A stretch of DNA of 64,000 nucleotides from Sphagnum compactum. Its lineage: Eukaryota. The notes below the pieces were generated by a model. It saw only the letters and a list, made by a program, of their open reading frames with translations, was not told the origin of the DNA and made no database searches. The position numbers were made by a program, and so were the translations under genes. The DNA lies in the NCBI GenBank assembly GCA_965153455.1, contig OZ234493.1, positions 30,928,213 to 30,992,212 of the forward strand, read 5' to 3'. This document shows positions 25,840 through 40,291 of the stretch, piece by piece; within the stretch, counting starts at the first letter, position 1; the number at the start of each line of letters is the position of its first letter.

Positions 25840-26057
25840 CAGTGTTGGTCCTGATATCAACTATCAACTTTTGAATATACCAGCTGGTCCTGGTACCTAT
25901 AACTGATATTGAAACAAATAGAAAACTGGGAGAAGGCTGGTATTACCTGAAGTACCTTCCAGACTGATACTGGTATAAGGCTAGGACCAGACTGGTAGGG
26001 TCCTTGTTCCCAGTTTGGATACCAGGTGCAGCCCCATATACCACTGGACTGACATTG
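25840..26057. mobile_element. 218-bp hAT-type MITE
   Basis: TIRs CAGTGTTGGTCC and (reverse complement) CAATGTCAGTCC. Perfect 8-bp TSD GCTACAAC (25832-25839, 26058-26065). Confidence 0.85.
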
Positions 26058-26122
26058 GCTACAACCACAGCAGAAAACCATTGTTTCTAAAACATGGAAT
26101 CTTGATTTGGCCAAGTTATTAC

Positions 26123-28750
26123 CAGTGTTGGCCGGATATGGCATTTTAGACCAGTCGAGAGGATATTCATAGGGCATATTTTTTTTTTAAAAATGAATAG
26201 AAGATATGCATCCAGATATTTCAAGAATTCTCTTATAAAATTGTAGATACGGGTATGCATCCATTGAAATGTTTCATTCGTTGCTGGTTATGCATTTGTC
26301 AATTTTTCAAAATTTTGATAAATTCTAGATATGCATATCGGTTATATATAGTAAAGTTCACATGCTAATCTCATAGTTGGAATCCTAAGCCCTAATTTCA
26401 TATTTGGTAATTCATTCTTGGAATTCAAGTAGCTTGTGGGTGTATTGAACCCCAATTCTATAAATAAATATGCCCAATACATCATTCATAAGCAAGACAA
26501 ATTGCATTCCCTTGATCCACATAATTTTCTACAACATGCAAATGTTTTGAATCGAGGATCCAATATTATGGCAAGCATGTTATGAACTTGATTTGCATCA
26601 TAAGATTTCAAAAAAGTTATGGAAGGTTTGAACACCTTCACAACTTCCTATTGCATATTATGTTGTAAGAGGAGTTCAGCGTCAAACTCATCTAAAACTT
26701 CAATCTCATAAAAAACTTGCTCAAATTCAACTTTCATGCTAACTATTAGGGCAATAGATGTAGTTAAGGCATATGATAGCAACCAATGACCTTGTGATTG
26801 GTTCATCACATAAGCTCTGATGATAGGGTTTAAAACACAAGTTGCTTGCAAAAACACACCCACAAAAACACCCCACCACACCCACCCACCCAAGAAGTTG
26901 TTGCAGCTTGATTAACGATAAAGTAGAATGCCCAGAAGCCTATAAGACATAAGAAAGTTGTTACAACTTGATCAACAACAAAAAAAAGGCCCAGAACCTA
27001 CCAGCATCAATATGGAAGTTGATGTTGATGCTGCAATTTGATCAACAACAAAAACAGAAAGCCCAAAACCCTATAGCATCAACTATAATTTTATTAACAA
27101 AAAAAGCAAAAGGCCCAAAACCTTACAACATCAATGTGGACAAGAAACAAAAAGTAAATCCAATTCAAAGGAACAATTAAAGAAAAAAAAGAAACTTATT
27201 TAATCATTGTTCGATTTTCAAAATATTCAAATTCTTCTATAAATTCATAATTTTTTTCAGTTATAGCAACTTTAAATTTGATATAATCCTTAAGGTTTGC
27301 ATTTGTTTTATAATTCATGCATGGATCATCTAGCCAATTTTTTACCACCATGATAATCCTATCAAGATCTTCCACCTATAAGCGGTAGCACCTTAAAGCT
27401 ATTAAAACACTAATAAGGTTAAACACCTTTTCTATTTCAATTTGAAAACCAAGAATCCCAAAGATCTATTTGGCCAAGAAAACAATAATTGGAAACTAGC
27501 CTTCATGGGTTCACCACCAAGCGAAAAGATCTATACACATAGATGATGGAATATATAACTTCCGAAATAAAGAAAGTTCTATAGTAGCAAGTGCCCATGA
27601 AGATTCTTCCATGGAAGCTCCACCACCAAACATGTTACTATCCTTTCTTTAATATAAAGAGTAGGTTCATCACATGGTGTTACAACTACTTCAATAGTAG
27701 GATTCAGTTGATCCAAAATAGTCATAAAAAAAGGGATGACCTCTTTCACATCATACTTAGTAGCAAGGCGGAATACATTGTCACACCTTGTACAAAATTT
27801 TCCACAACCTGTGTAGATTTGAAATGGGGATCCAACATTAAGGCCAACATAGTGTGAATGTGATGGGAATCAAAATGCTTTCAAAAATTTGAGGAAAGGT
27901 TTAAGTACCTTCAAAACCTCCTACCACATGTTTTTGTTCAATGTGTGGAACTTAACATAAAAAGGTCAAATGTTTCACTCCCATCAAGGGGATTTACTTT
28001 AGATTCCATAGCCACAATCAAATTAATTACAGTAGCTAAAGCATTTAATAAGCCTTCAAATTGGTTCATGACACATGTTGTCACCACAAGATTCAAACAA
28101 TTAGTGACAACTTTTGCAATGGCCCAGACCTAGTTTAAAATTTAAATATCTTGGTTAGATATTATATTTTACATTTTTAATTCAACCCAAATATCAATGT
28201 TCTTGGATATGTGTCATTTATTTATTAGTTGGATATCAGTAGATTTGAATATCAAAAATTCAGAAATTCTCTAAAAGGCAAAATCCTTTTTAAAAAAAGG
28301 AATATTTTGTTGCAAATATTCATTTTTCTAAAAATCATTTGAAAAAATTCATAATTTAATTTTTCATTAAAATAATCACAATAATAATTACTATTAATTA
28401 CAACTTGGAAGAGACTTTTCAAAATATGTCCCAGAATAATTTTAAATTGTTTAGGGATTCTCGTCACCCTAGATGCATTAAGAAAATGATAACAAAAAAA
28501 CTAGTATTACAAACTTAACCTAATTAGTAGCCCAACCTACTTAGTAACTACTAATTTACTTAATAATTATTAACCCTAATATCTAGTTTTGGATTTGATA
28601 TCTAGGCTAGATATCATGATGATTAATATCCAACACCTTTGATATCGACCCAAATGTCATCCAGAGTGATTTTCACTGGATATCATTTTTGATATCCGTC
28701 TCAATATTTGGGGCAGATATATTGATTTTCCAAATATCAGCCCAACATTG
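26123..28750 (-). mobile_element. Internally deleted hAT element carrying two transposase fragments (~26480-26850 and ~27300-28130)
   Basis: TIRs CAGTGTTGGCCGGATAT and (reverse complement) CAATGTTGGGCTGATAT. TSD GTTATTAC/GTTATGAC (7/8). Fragments encode CVLNPIIRAYVMNQSQGHWLLS and MLDP motifs. GATATC-rich subterminal repeats. Confidence 0.8.
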
Positions 28751-29950
28751 GTTATGACCAAGGTTGTGCATGTAAGTGTCAATAGTTGGATAGACAATTT
28801 GCAAATTTTGTGTAAGTCATTTACACTTACATGTCAAAAAAATTTACATTTACACTTATATTGTTACCCTGTATAATTATTATTTTTACACTTACACAAG
28901 GTCAGTGTAAATATTTGTCAAAAACATTTACATAATCAAAAACTATGTAAATGTTTTGAAGTGTGTAAATGTATGTATTATATACCTTTAATGACCATAC
29001 CTTCTTGGAAATCCATATTAATTAATTGTGAGTTCAATCCAAAGCTCAATTTTAGTTTTTTGCAATGGACCACTTTGATTGACCCTTCACCAAAAAAATC
29101 ATGATACATTGATACTTCCAATATGGGGCCATAATGGTGCTATTCCAAGGTATATTTTGAATGCACAACTTTTCTTCACATCATTGCTTGAATAGAACTT
29201 TTATTCCTTAACTTTGTTCATCACCATTTTTGGCCTAGTCTTTTACAAGAGTTTAGGTACTTATTGTGATTCATATTATTTAATTAAAAATAGTTATGGT
29301 ACATCCCAAAGCACAAATTTTTTGATGATTTTTTTTTTGGCAATGAGCCATTTTGTTGGCCTAGCACCAAAAATTTATGAAATCCCCCCTTTCCCCAAGT
29401 AGAAATCACATTTTTTTAACATTGTTTTATATTTGCATTTACAAAACCCATATAAATGTATTTGTTTTACACTTATACAAAATGTAAATCCTAAACCATT
29501 TACACGCACAATTATGACCATGCAATGTGTCACCCAACTATAACAAAAAATAATAATTTCCAAACACAAATATTTATTTGAATTAGCAACTATGGCACAA
29601 TCATATTAATATGGTAATATATTCATATCGATTAGTTATGGTGCCCCCCAAAGTTCCATTTTTTCTCTTTTCTGATGGGCATTTTTTATTAACCAATCAA
29701 AAAAATATTAATCAAGTTTTGGAAACTCACAAAATAGATCTATTATAATCTCCTCATTTGAGCTGGTTATATAGGTTACAAGAATGGACCCTAGGACAAA
29801 AGATTTGAAATAAAGTGAGGAGAATATGCTAAGGAATGCATTGGGAACTTGAGGAACATGTCGAGAACCCATTGGGAACTTGATTGGAACACATTGGGAA
29901 CAAAACAATTAAACACCCCAACATTCCTTTAAAAGAAAAAGAACCTAGGT

Positions 29951-30598
29951 GGGTGAAAGTATCCTTGGGTGGTACCATTAGGAACCACCTCAAGGAAATA
30001 AAAAGGAACCAAAAATAACCAAATCATTTTCTTGGGCCTTTTACTTTAAATGTTTTCACAACTATAAATTATTTTTTTCTCATGTTTATCAATTGCATGC
30101 ACTAATATATGGCTTGAAGTTTATTCTGGAATTAAATTTTTTTGAAATTTTTAAAAATTTGTATTCTTAATTAAAATGGCCCCTTCATAAATTGATAACC
30201 TTAACTTTGGAAATTCATAACTAAATTATACTTATTAAACTAATTTCATAATAAAAACCTAGAAATAAAATGACTTCCAAATTACCTTAGGAAAAAAATT
30301 CCGAAAAAAATTCCCAAATTATGTTTTAGATTTTTGTTCGTAATTAAAAAGTTTAAGGAAGGGAACCAGCATTACAATCTTGAAACTGTTTTTAAATGCA
30401 ATGATTAGAAACATTAAAATGCACAATATTCTTAAGATTATTGAAATTTCAAAATCTATGGAACCTAATAAATGTACTCATGAAGAAAAAATTATGAAAA
30501 TATTTATTTAAGTATTTCATATGATTTTTCAAAGTTCAATGGGTCTAAGGAATCAAGGTGACAGTTCCTAATGGTACCACCCAAGGAAACCCTTACCC
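29951..30598. mobile_element. ~650-bp TIR element (MITE) inserted into a copy of the dispersed repeat
   Basis: Left GGGTGAAAGTATCCTTGGGTGGTACCATTAGGAAC; reverse complement of right GGGTAAGGGTTTCCTTGGGTGGTACCATTAGGAAC. AT-rich interior. TSD not clearly resolved. Confidence 0.75.
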
Positions 30599-32215
30599 GG
30601 GCCCTTTAGGTGCATGTTGGTTCACCTCAATGGTTAAAAGAATTTTTTTTGCTTACATGTGTCTTTGCCATTTTTGGCTTTAGTGAACAGCAGATGCTTG
30701 AATTGTTTTTGGAATATTTTTCTAACCCTTCACATTTGTTAAACATTGATATAAAAATTCAACTATTTTTCATTTGTATGCATGGTCATGAATCTATACG
30801 TATTGATTACCAAACAAATGGTGGAAGAAATCCATGATAGGATGATGATATTAACATAACATTTAACACATATTTAATTTAGGACTAAATTGTTAATTTA
30901 AGCCTTTTCCCTACTCCGTGGATGGTATAAACTTTGTCTGGTGGCCACCAAATTTTTAAAATGTAACCTTATATTCAAGTAAAAACAACAATCATTCACA
31001 AAGATAACATCCACAAAAACATTTTGTCTCAAAAGAATTCATACCAATTTAACACCAATATAATATTATGCTAGTTTCAAAATTAATATAATATGATGAA
31101 AAAAATATTTTGCCTGGTGCCCACCAAGTGAAAATTGTAGGACTAAATTTTTAATTAGGACTTTTTACAACTTGGTGGATGGAATGAACTCCACTTGGTG
31201 GCCACCAAACTTAACAAATTAATGATCATTTTTTACGTGAATGTAATATTATACATTTTTTCAATTACATTATTTCCAAACAAAAACAACTTTGTAACTA
31301 ACAATTCCAAAAAGATCCATGTACACATTATGTTAAAAAAATTCATATCAACTCTAAAATAAGACTATGAATTTTCATGAGTGATTGAAAGCCAAAATGT
31401 TAATGTTCCCATTTGACATCAAGAAACTCAACCCTTTGAATCTGAAACAAGGAGAAAAACCAAATTGACAAAACTACAAATCACACTATCACACAAATTT
31501 TACTAATACTTTTCAAATATATATACACCATAAAAAATTTAAAATATAATTGAATGCATGGTGGCCACTAGGTGAAACATAAAAAATTCTAAGCTATGAG
31601 AACCAAATGACACAATTCTCATTTAAAATGATAAAAAAACACTCAATGTTTTGAATCTAATATATTGACAACATGCTAAATTTTTCACAATGGCAACTTG
31701 ATCCATCCATGTTAATCATACAATAACAAATCTATTATGTTTCAAATTCCATATATAATTAAAATAGTATTTATCCTAATGCCTAGCAAGTGATACTACA
31801 TAATAGATTATTAATTAAGAAAGTCACAAGTGAATGCTCCCAATAAACAAAATTAGAAATTCAATTTTTTGAAATACAAAGAACACACAACATACCAATA
31901 ACAACCAAATCTATGCATGCAATTCTATTATTCATTTTATAACAAATCCATTATTTTTGGGGCTTTACATACCATGTAGGAAAGTTGATGCCTAGTGGCC
32001 ACCAAAGACTATGAATTAGGTGGAACAAAATAGATTATTAATTATTACTTTTCAAGAATCACATACATGGATAAATTTTGGCAAAATAATATTTTTATTA
32101 AACCATACAACATTTTTTTTTAAAAAAAGTTTTAAAACATCAATCCAATCAATACAATGATACAAAAGACATTGAAAAATTGTAAATATAATTTAATCAA
32201 TGTCACCAACATCCT

Positions 32216-34380
32216 TCACAAATTGGTTGAAGCATTAGCAACATCAAAATTAACTTTAACTCTACTAGCATAAGTAGTAGGAATATTAATTTGACTTTTG
32301 TTTGTTGTATTTTTTCGAGTAGGAAAAGAGAAAAGAATAGCTGAAATGTCAAACCATTGTTCTGGATCTACTAAATTACATTTCCACTTCCCATTCCATC
32401 AATTTTCGTACAAATGTTGTCCATCCAGATTTGATCTTTTCTTCACAAGAACCCACCATTGAACTCTCACCATTTTAAAATATTCATTTTCTTCATCCTT
32501 GATAACATCACCCTCTGCTCTTCCAGAGAGGAACAAGATTAGGATCGTGTAGTCTCACTAACACAAAATCTCCAACATTAAGATCTCTAAATGGCATGTA
32601 TGTAGTTAAAGGTTTCATGTTCTTTGGCCCACAATAAGGAACTCAAATTGGATCTTCTAGATCAACAACGTCCATCATAGTTGACAATGAAGCCTTAACA
32701 TAGTTAGACCTCCAATTGCTTGAAAGCTAGAAGCCCTCCAAAAGAATTATACTTTGAAGCAGTAATAATCTTAACAAATGTAACAAATCATCTTCCTAAT
32801 ACTCCACATACGACTTCATCTTCATTTCATATGTGGAACTTTGCATGATGCCCACCTTCCAGAAATCCACGTACTTGGATAGTCCAAAACTTATAAACTT
32901 TTCTCTCTCCACTGACCTCAATGCATCATTGCCCCAAATTGGGTGGTATAGAATAGGGTTTAGAACTCTAGTAAGTAACTTTTGGTGAACCATTTAGATC
33001 AACTTTCCATAATCTAATTGAAGGCCCATCTATGGGACTCCACGTAAGATCTATGGGGGAAACCTTGTATTGCATCATTGGCCAACTTGCGGAATCAACA
33101 AAAAATTCTAAATAGATGCATATCAGTATGCCCTACCAACAGTTCAGGGCCATCTTTAAAACACCCTAGGACCCAAGAATTGTGGAATCTTCTAAATCAA
33201 TTGAAGAAGAACAGTCTCTCCTATGAGATCATGAAAGCTTTCATCAAATGTAATTGCTTTCCTTTTTCAACTTTTTTGACAAATAGCCAAAGCATCCATC
33301 TATATCCTCATGTGTATGGCCACCTACAAGAAATCCCAGTTTGACCTCATCAAAAACATCCCTCAACGTCAACAATAATAGAAATGCTAACAAATGTTAA
33401 TTTTTATTGTCTTTAACACAATTATCCATTTGGAGCAACAAATTTCTTGGCAAAGGCTTTGGACCAACAATTTGATTTGGGATGCGTAATTCACGTATGC
33501 AACGTAATTTCCCTTGCAACAGACATGCAAAGAATGAGTTTTGTGGGGGGTGTTCAAACAATAATTTCAATTCCAAAATTAGGACCGCCTCCAAAGTTTA
33601 GAATAGCTGTAGTAAAGACCCAATTGTGAAATTGAAATCGTTACTCATTAGAATATTGTGCATATCTCTCATCCCCATGACCTATGGCTATGCGCTATCT
33701 CCCATAAGAGTAATGCGCAATTGTCCAAGGTCAGATATCATTTTGTTGCACACTTGCAACCTTGGAAATGTAGTTTTTGCATGGTCCATCTTGTCATGAA
33801 TAATGCGTAAGAATTCATCCTTTGATTGCACTAACTTTATCCTCCAAGTATGGTATAAGTTTCTACATGATTCTTGGTGTAGGATATGTTTTTTTAGTTT
33901 TGCCTCATACTCTAGAACCTCATTGCTATTCTTTCCCAATTTGCATATCAAGTCCTTTAGGGATTCACAAATAGTGCATTTTGTAAACATAGACCCCCGC
34001 TTTTGCACATCGACATTCAAATGGTGTCTTTTTCTCGACCTGCTCATAACATATTGAGAAATACCTCCAATGTTTAATTTTTTACTTATCTGCCATCCCA
34101 CAAATACAAAAAAAACAAAGAAATAGGCTCTCCACAATAGATGTATACCTTCACATATACATTCAAAAATACATTTCAATTTCTTGAAAAATAATTTTTC
34201 ATGAAAAACACTTAGCGACCTCCAAGCGTTTGTCACCAAATAGGAACAAAAAGTGTTAGTCATTCCATATAATTTATTTGATCATTACGTTCTTTAGACT
34301 CTTCCATGTTTCACGCAAAAAACATTGCACATCTTGTCTACCATTTCCAAATATGAATCCCTCATCCATATCTTGTTAAG
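32216..34380 (-). pseudogene. Decayed DDD-type transposase (Sola-like / DUF7869-type) with C-terminal SH3/Tudor-like domain
   Basis: Motifs in order: FTKCTICESLK...LKKHILHQ, IIHDKMDHAKTTFPRL, LLLQMDNCVKDNKN, KLGFL..GHTHEDI/DGCFGYLSKKL, then DLNVGDFVLVRLHDP..VRVQWWV..WNGKWKC..EQWFDISAIL, ending at TGA (32216-32218). Many frameshifts. Possible further 5' exons up to ~37509. Confidence 0.7.
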
Positions 34381-34479
34381 CTAAAAACAAATGGAATACA
34401 ACATTAGATCAAGGATTAGAGTTCTTGCCATAACATGTGTTCTACAACCCACCCATTACAAGCTACCATTACTACACAT

Positions 34480-35406
34480 AAACACGTGGAGGTCGCCATG
34501 TATCTCTGTGCCCAATATCAATGCGCAGAAATGCCAAGCGGCCACCAAGTGTCTCTTCGCCCAACATAGTTGCACAAAAATGCTTGGCGATCGCCAAACA
34601 TCTCTACGCCCAATATCTATGCATTGAAACACCCGGTGGTAGCTAGGCATCCCTATGCCCAATATAACTGCGCATATTCATTCTTTTGGATTCCCGTTTT
34701 TTTTAATCCAAAAAGCATTTAGAATCGTAGAAAACGCATGGTGGTCGCTAAGCGTTTTGTATGATTTATAACCCAGAGAACGCCTGGTGACCACCAGGCA
34801 TTTTTTACAATTTATGATCTAGAAAATGCCTTGTGGCATCAAGTCCTTTTCTAAAATTACCAATCCAAAAAACTTTTAATGGCTACCAAGTGTTTTTTAC
34901 CATTTCTAATCCTGAAAACTCTCGGTGGCCACCATTTCCGATTCAAAAAACATTTGGCGACAACCAAAAGTTTTTTAGCATTTTTTATCTAGAAAATGTT
35001 TGGCAGCCACCAAGCATTTTCTAGCATTTTCAATCTAGAAAATGCCTGGTGGACGCCATGCGTTATATAACATTTTCCATCCAGAAAATGCTTGGCAATT
35101 GCCAAGCATATTTTAGAATTTTTGATCCAGAAATCGCCTTGTGGCCACCAAGCGTTTTTTAGCATTTTCCATCCAAAAAACACCTAGTGGCCGCTAGGCA
35201 ATTTCTACCATTTTTTATCCAAAAAATGCCTAGTAGTTTCTAGGCATTTTCTAGGATTTCCCATCCAAAAAATGCTTAACGGTCGCTAGGTGTTTTTTTA
35301 CCATTTTTTTATCAAGAAAACGCCTAATAGTTGCCGGGCATTTTCTACCATTTTTTATCCAAAAAAACCTGGTGGCCACCAGGTGTTTTCTAACATTTCC
35401 CATCCA
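34480..35406. repeat. Palindrome arrays A1 (4 units x 49 bp, ~34480-34675) and A2 (~15 units x 46 bp, ~34730-35406)
   Basis: Each unit carries a decayed copy of GAAAATGCCTGGCGGCCGCCAGGCATTTTC followed by a related linker, e.g. GAAAATGTTTGGCAGCCACCAAGCATTTTCTAGCATTTTCAATCTA (46 nt). Confidence 0.9.
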
Positions 35407-38064
35407 GAAAAGGTGGTATGGTAGTGGCAGTTTAAATTTTCCATTGTGCAAACCTCATGCCTTCATTTATTACTAAATGGATAGCTATGATTGTGTATAG
35501 GATAAGTGAAGAAAACCATACCTGAATGTTGTTAGGCACATCAATTTAAAGTTGTTTCATCTTCTTCCATTAGAAACTTGTCCTCACTGACTTGGGCAGA
35601 TTCATGTTGGAGTCCTTGGGTTAGATCAGCACCATAAACCTTCTTTGAAGCCACATTTGGTGCAAGGGCCATCATTGCCTTTTTTGCCTCCCTTCAAACA
35701 TCTGTAGTCATAAACACTTATGACATCAAGTAAGCAAAAACAAGAATGTTCATGGAATGCAAATTACTTATGGCCATTTTAGTCTTGTAGGACATTAGGA
35801 AGAAATCAGAAAATTGGTGGGTATTCCATGACCTATAGTAAATGAAACATTAGTTCTAACAAATTAGAGTTTTCAGTGTGTGGCTTGCATAATTGAATGG
35901 CATTCCTATTTTGGTCCTTGACAAAGAGCATTACATCAAAAACTAACTCATACACCCATGTTCAAAAGAATTCCATGATTGTGGTAAAGAATTTGTAACT
36001 CAATAGCAAATAACAAGGTAGCAGGTAGTGGATATATAGGCAATTACAACAAGTAATATTCAAGTTCTTTTTTATCATGTATGTGCATGCAACAATCCTT
36101 AACGGTAATCACAAAAGTCACAACAACATAAAGTAATAGAATGGCTTGCATACCTTCAATGTGTGTTGTATTCTTCGAAACATTTCCATTGCTTGAATTA
36201 CCATGACATGTAAGTATGTGCGAGCTGTGTGACCACATTTCCAGCATTCCCACAATTGCATATGGATATTAATCAAACTAGCCCTATAAAGACATCAACA
36301 AATTGCAACTACAAATTAGATTAAAATATTCTAGATCTTCATTCACAAACATGTTTACCACCTTTTAACACTTTTAAACCCTAAAATAGTGCACATGTCT
36401 TTGAGTTCATAACCATTGAAGACAAATGCCATTGAGGAACATGTCACCTATACACACAAAATGAATACACTTATCTAGTTATGTATTTTGGAGATGTGGG
36501 AAACAACCTAAATAATGATCATTAGAATTGGTTATTATCATTTCTACACCAGGATGGAAAACACCCACACCTCCCATTCTTGCTTGTAATCACACCAAAA
36601 CTTTTACACCATGTTAAGCTCCAACAAAACATTATTTTTCCTTGTTGTTGAACCCTTTGGCCTCCAAAAAAAGGTGCAAGCATGGATGAAACATCAAAGT
36701 GGGAAAACTTCTATGCTTCTTATCCCCAATTGTTCTTATTAAAGAAAAAATTATTTTGGCAGTTGTTTTATATAAACAAGTGGAAAGATCACCAATGGTT
36801 GTGTGCTCCTAACACTCGATACAGGCTTCAAGAATTGCACTTGTTGCTTTTACCTCAAAGTTTGTGAAAAGAAATCCAAGTTCTTCCACATTTGGTGCAA
36901 GCTAAATCATGTCTATTTGTGGAGGTAGCTTCTCCTTCTTTTCTGCCTCTAATCGAAGCTATGAGTCTCGCTTTAGCTCCAACGGCACAAATTTTCCTAT
37001 ATCAAGACCCAATTTTCCAAGTGTGAATTTGAATACTTGTTACAACAATCCTACTACTTTCTCTTTAACAACCACCAGCTATTTAGATTGCTTGCAAAAA
37101 TGCAAACCTAATGATCAAGATTTGAGTTCAATCGATGCAGATAAGTGTGCCCTAAAAACAAATGCAAATGCAACACAAAATTTTTTTAAAAAAAAGTTAA
37201 TACAAAGATTCGAAGATTACCTAAATCAAGATCTAATCATACCTTCATTGTCTTTGCACCTAATGATTTCACAATTCCAATTTGACCTATACATGCATGA
37301 TTTGACAATCTATGATTGCGCTCGGAGAAAGTTCCCTTCACGCAATCTTCATCATCTTTACAAGACAAATTTATAGACAAAAAATGACATAGAGTTGTGA
37401 GCTTGTTGCAGCAACTCCTCAAGTCTAATTTGAATTGTTTATGACAACCATCTTGACGGGTAAAAGGCAATGGCGGTCGAAGCTTGAAGGTAGGCTCAAA
37501 CACATCCATATTTGAACAATAGGCACCAAAATTTTGGCGAGCACAATGGAGCTTTAATGCAAGCTTTGTGAACCAAAATAATGGTAATGGCTCATCAAAT
37601 CTTTAGTAGCAAGGCTCGCAAAGCAATGAGTTGAAAAAAATTAATGTTATGTTGTTGCTTCAACCTTGAAGCGAAATGAAAAGTTTACAAATGGGAGCAA
37701 CAGGGATTCGGGACAAGCACTAGACTATCCCTAACTTTGATTAGATGATCTTATGATTTCATCCACATCCAATCTAATATTGTAAAAAAATATTGAATCC
37801 AAGTCTAATTGCTAAGATTTTAGAGTGGGTATTGGATTTATTTCACTTGATTTTTGACTAAACAGCTAAATTTCTATTTTAGACCTTCAATTTTCATTCT
37901 ACATTAGGTTCAATGCATTTATAATGTTAATCATTATATTCAAATTTTGCCCATGTAATGTATACCCCAAATTTGCAATTAACCTGAAATTACATATAAT
38001 TTTACATGAAAATGTAACCTTGCCTTTCCTTAAACAAAAGAAAAAATTTTATCTTTAAGGATGT

Positions 38065-38350
38065 CTTTACCTACCATCTACCTACCTATGTCCTACCGAC
38101 CTACCTACCTACCTACCTACCATCTATCTATTATGTCCTACTTATTTACCTACCTACCTATTTACTTACCTATTGTCTACTTACCTATGTCCCACCTACC
38201 TACCTACTTACTTTCCTACCATCTATCTACCTATGTCTCACCTACCTACCTACCTATTCACCTACCATTTACCTACCTATGGCCTACCTACCTATTTACC
38301 TACCTATGTCCTACCTACCTATTATTAAGCTACCTATTTATCTACCTACA
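38065..38350. repeat. (CCTA)n / CTACCTATGTC microsatellite-like tract
   Basis: Seen directly; explains the spurious PTYL-rich ORF 38061..38369. Confidence 0.9.
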
Positions 38351-40052
38351 TATGAAGGCAATTTTTTGATTTACCTATAGTTTACATAAATAGGTATGAA
38401 CATTTGAAAACATAGGTAGGTAGGCATGGGCACCTACCTATCTACTTAGTTAGGTACATACTAATCTTACTTATGAAAAATTTTGAAATTCAAATGTTGT
38501 TATACACATTGACAAAAAAATTCATGAAAATTCAAGGATACATGTTAAATCCATTGGAATCACATTGTTTTACAAAATGGTAGGATGGTTTGATTTAGAT
38601 TTTTGAATAATAAATGGGTATTTAATTCTATGAATTTAGTTTTAAAACATACCTTTGAATTATTTGATGATTACTCAATATTTCATAACAAATTATTTCT
38701 TAACATATATTTAAGTGTAGTTTACATAGTAAAATGTCAATAGTCAGTTATTATTTAATTATCAAATATTTTACTAAATTGTTTGCGTTCATGAACTCAA
38801 AATCAATATTAAATTAAAAATAAAAATTTAATTAATTTATCATTCAAAGATACACTAATCCTTGATAAATAATTGAAAGGCAGTAAAATACTTATTAAGT
38901 GGTCCATATTTGAGATATTTATTTAATGTTTCTAAAGTTTAATGTATAGAGTTTAGATTTAGGGTTTATGGTTTAAAGATGAATTATAAGGTTTATTGTT
39001 GAAAGTTGATTTATAGGGTTGAATAAATAGTTACATAAGTTTCTTCCATTGTTATGGTAATATTTCATATTGGATTTTGTTTAGAAATCATTGTTGTACT
39101 AATGTGTCATAATTCATAATATAAATGAAATTTGCATCTAGATCAACTAAATCATTGTAAATCTATAAATTGTATGATATTTGTTTATTTATATGTTGTC
39201 TAAGTTGTAGCTATGTATAGATGTATATGTATGTATGGATGTGTGTTTGTATATGTTTGTATATATATGTATGTGGATGTGTGTTTGTGTTTATTATTGT
39301 TTATATGTATTTTTTTAAAAATGTGTTGAAAAGAATACATAAAGTTGTAGGTCATCACATGTACATCATAGATATTTTGGTGTGTGGTACATATGACAAT
39401 TTTCAATATTATAATTGTTTGGATGTGTGTTGAAAAAAAATACATAAAATTGTAAGTCATCACATGTATATCATAGATATTTTAGTATGTGATACATTTT
39501 TCTGTGTGTGTTTTTTGTGCGAGTGTGAATGTAAGTGTTTATATTGTTTTGTGTGGGTGTTTCGTGTGGATGCTTTGTGTGGATATTATGTTTGTATGTT
39601 TTTTGAAAACAAATTCAATATAGTTCAAATATAAATTTCAAACTAAAATAAATAGTCATTGTTTAATTAGTTAATTGGTTTCTATATGTTTATATATATG
39701 TTTGTTTTCAACACAGAAAAATGGAATGCAATAGTATATATAATTTTTCTGTGCATACTGTTGCATTTTATTTTTTTGTGTTGAAGGCATTTTACCAAAC
39801 AAAGATCAAAATTGTTACATTATAACTTAATTTCTTATTGAATTTTTCAAAACTTTGCCTATTTTTGAAGTTAACCTCTTAATGGCCACCATGTCATAAC
39901 TGTTTGTGTTGTTGTAGGTGAATCATATTTTGGTTTGGATGTGGTGTACCATTCAATGTATTTTTATTTTTTAAGGTTTAGGGGGTTTGAGGTTAATATG
40001 GTTTAAGGTTTTTGTGTTTAAGGTTGTAGATTTTTTCTTAAGAACAACCTTA

Positions 40053-40291
40053 CAACCTGGCGCACATGTTGCAATGATAGCTGAAGATAAATTATAAATT
40101 GAATTGCATTATTGAGTTAAAAACAAATTTAATTGTGTAAATGTTCTATTTCTCATAGTTATTGTTAAATTTTTTTTATCAGCAACAGTTTAGGAAAATA
40201 AAACATTTGTGCAATTTGATTAGTTTTTAACTCAACATGTAATCGAATCTATGATTTTTTTAGCCAACATTGCAACATTTGCGCCATGTTG
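40053..40291. mobile_element. 239-bp Tourist/PIF-Harbinger-like foldback MITE
   Basis: Left CAACCTGGCGCACATGTTGCAATG; reverse complement of right CAACATGGCGCAAATGTTGCAATG. Arms pair for ~110 bp. TTA on both flanks (40050-40052, 40292-40294). Confidence 0.85.

Noticed and set aside
28759-29516. Possible TIR element (GTTGTGCATGTAAGTG ... CATTTACACGCACAAT)
   Set aside because: The inverted match is short and imperfect, and no TSD was found.
34480-35406. CRISPR array call for the palindromic repeats
   Set aside because: Linkers within A1, A2 and B are homologous to each other, repeats are degenerate, the context is eukaryotic and no cas genes are present. Treated as tandem palindrome arrays.
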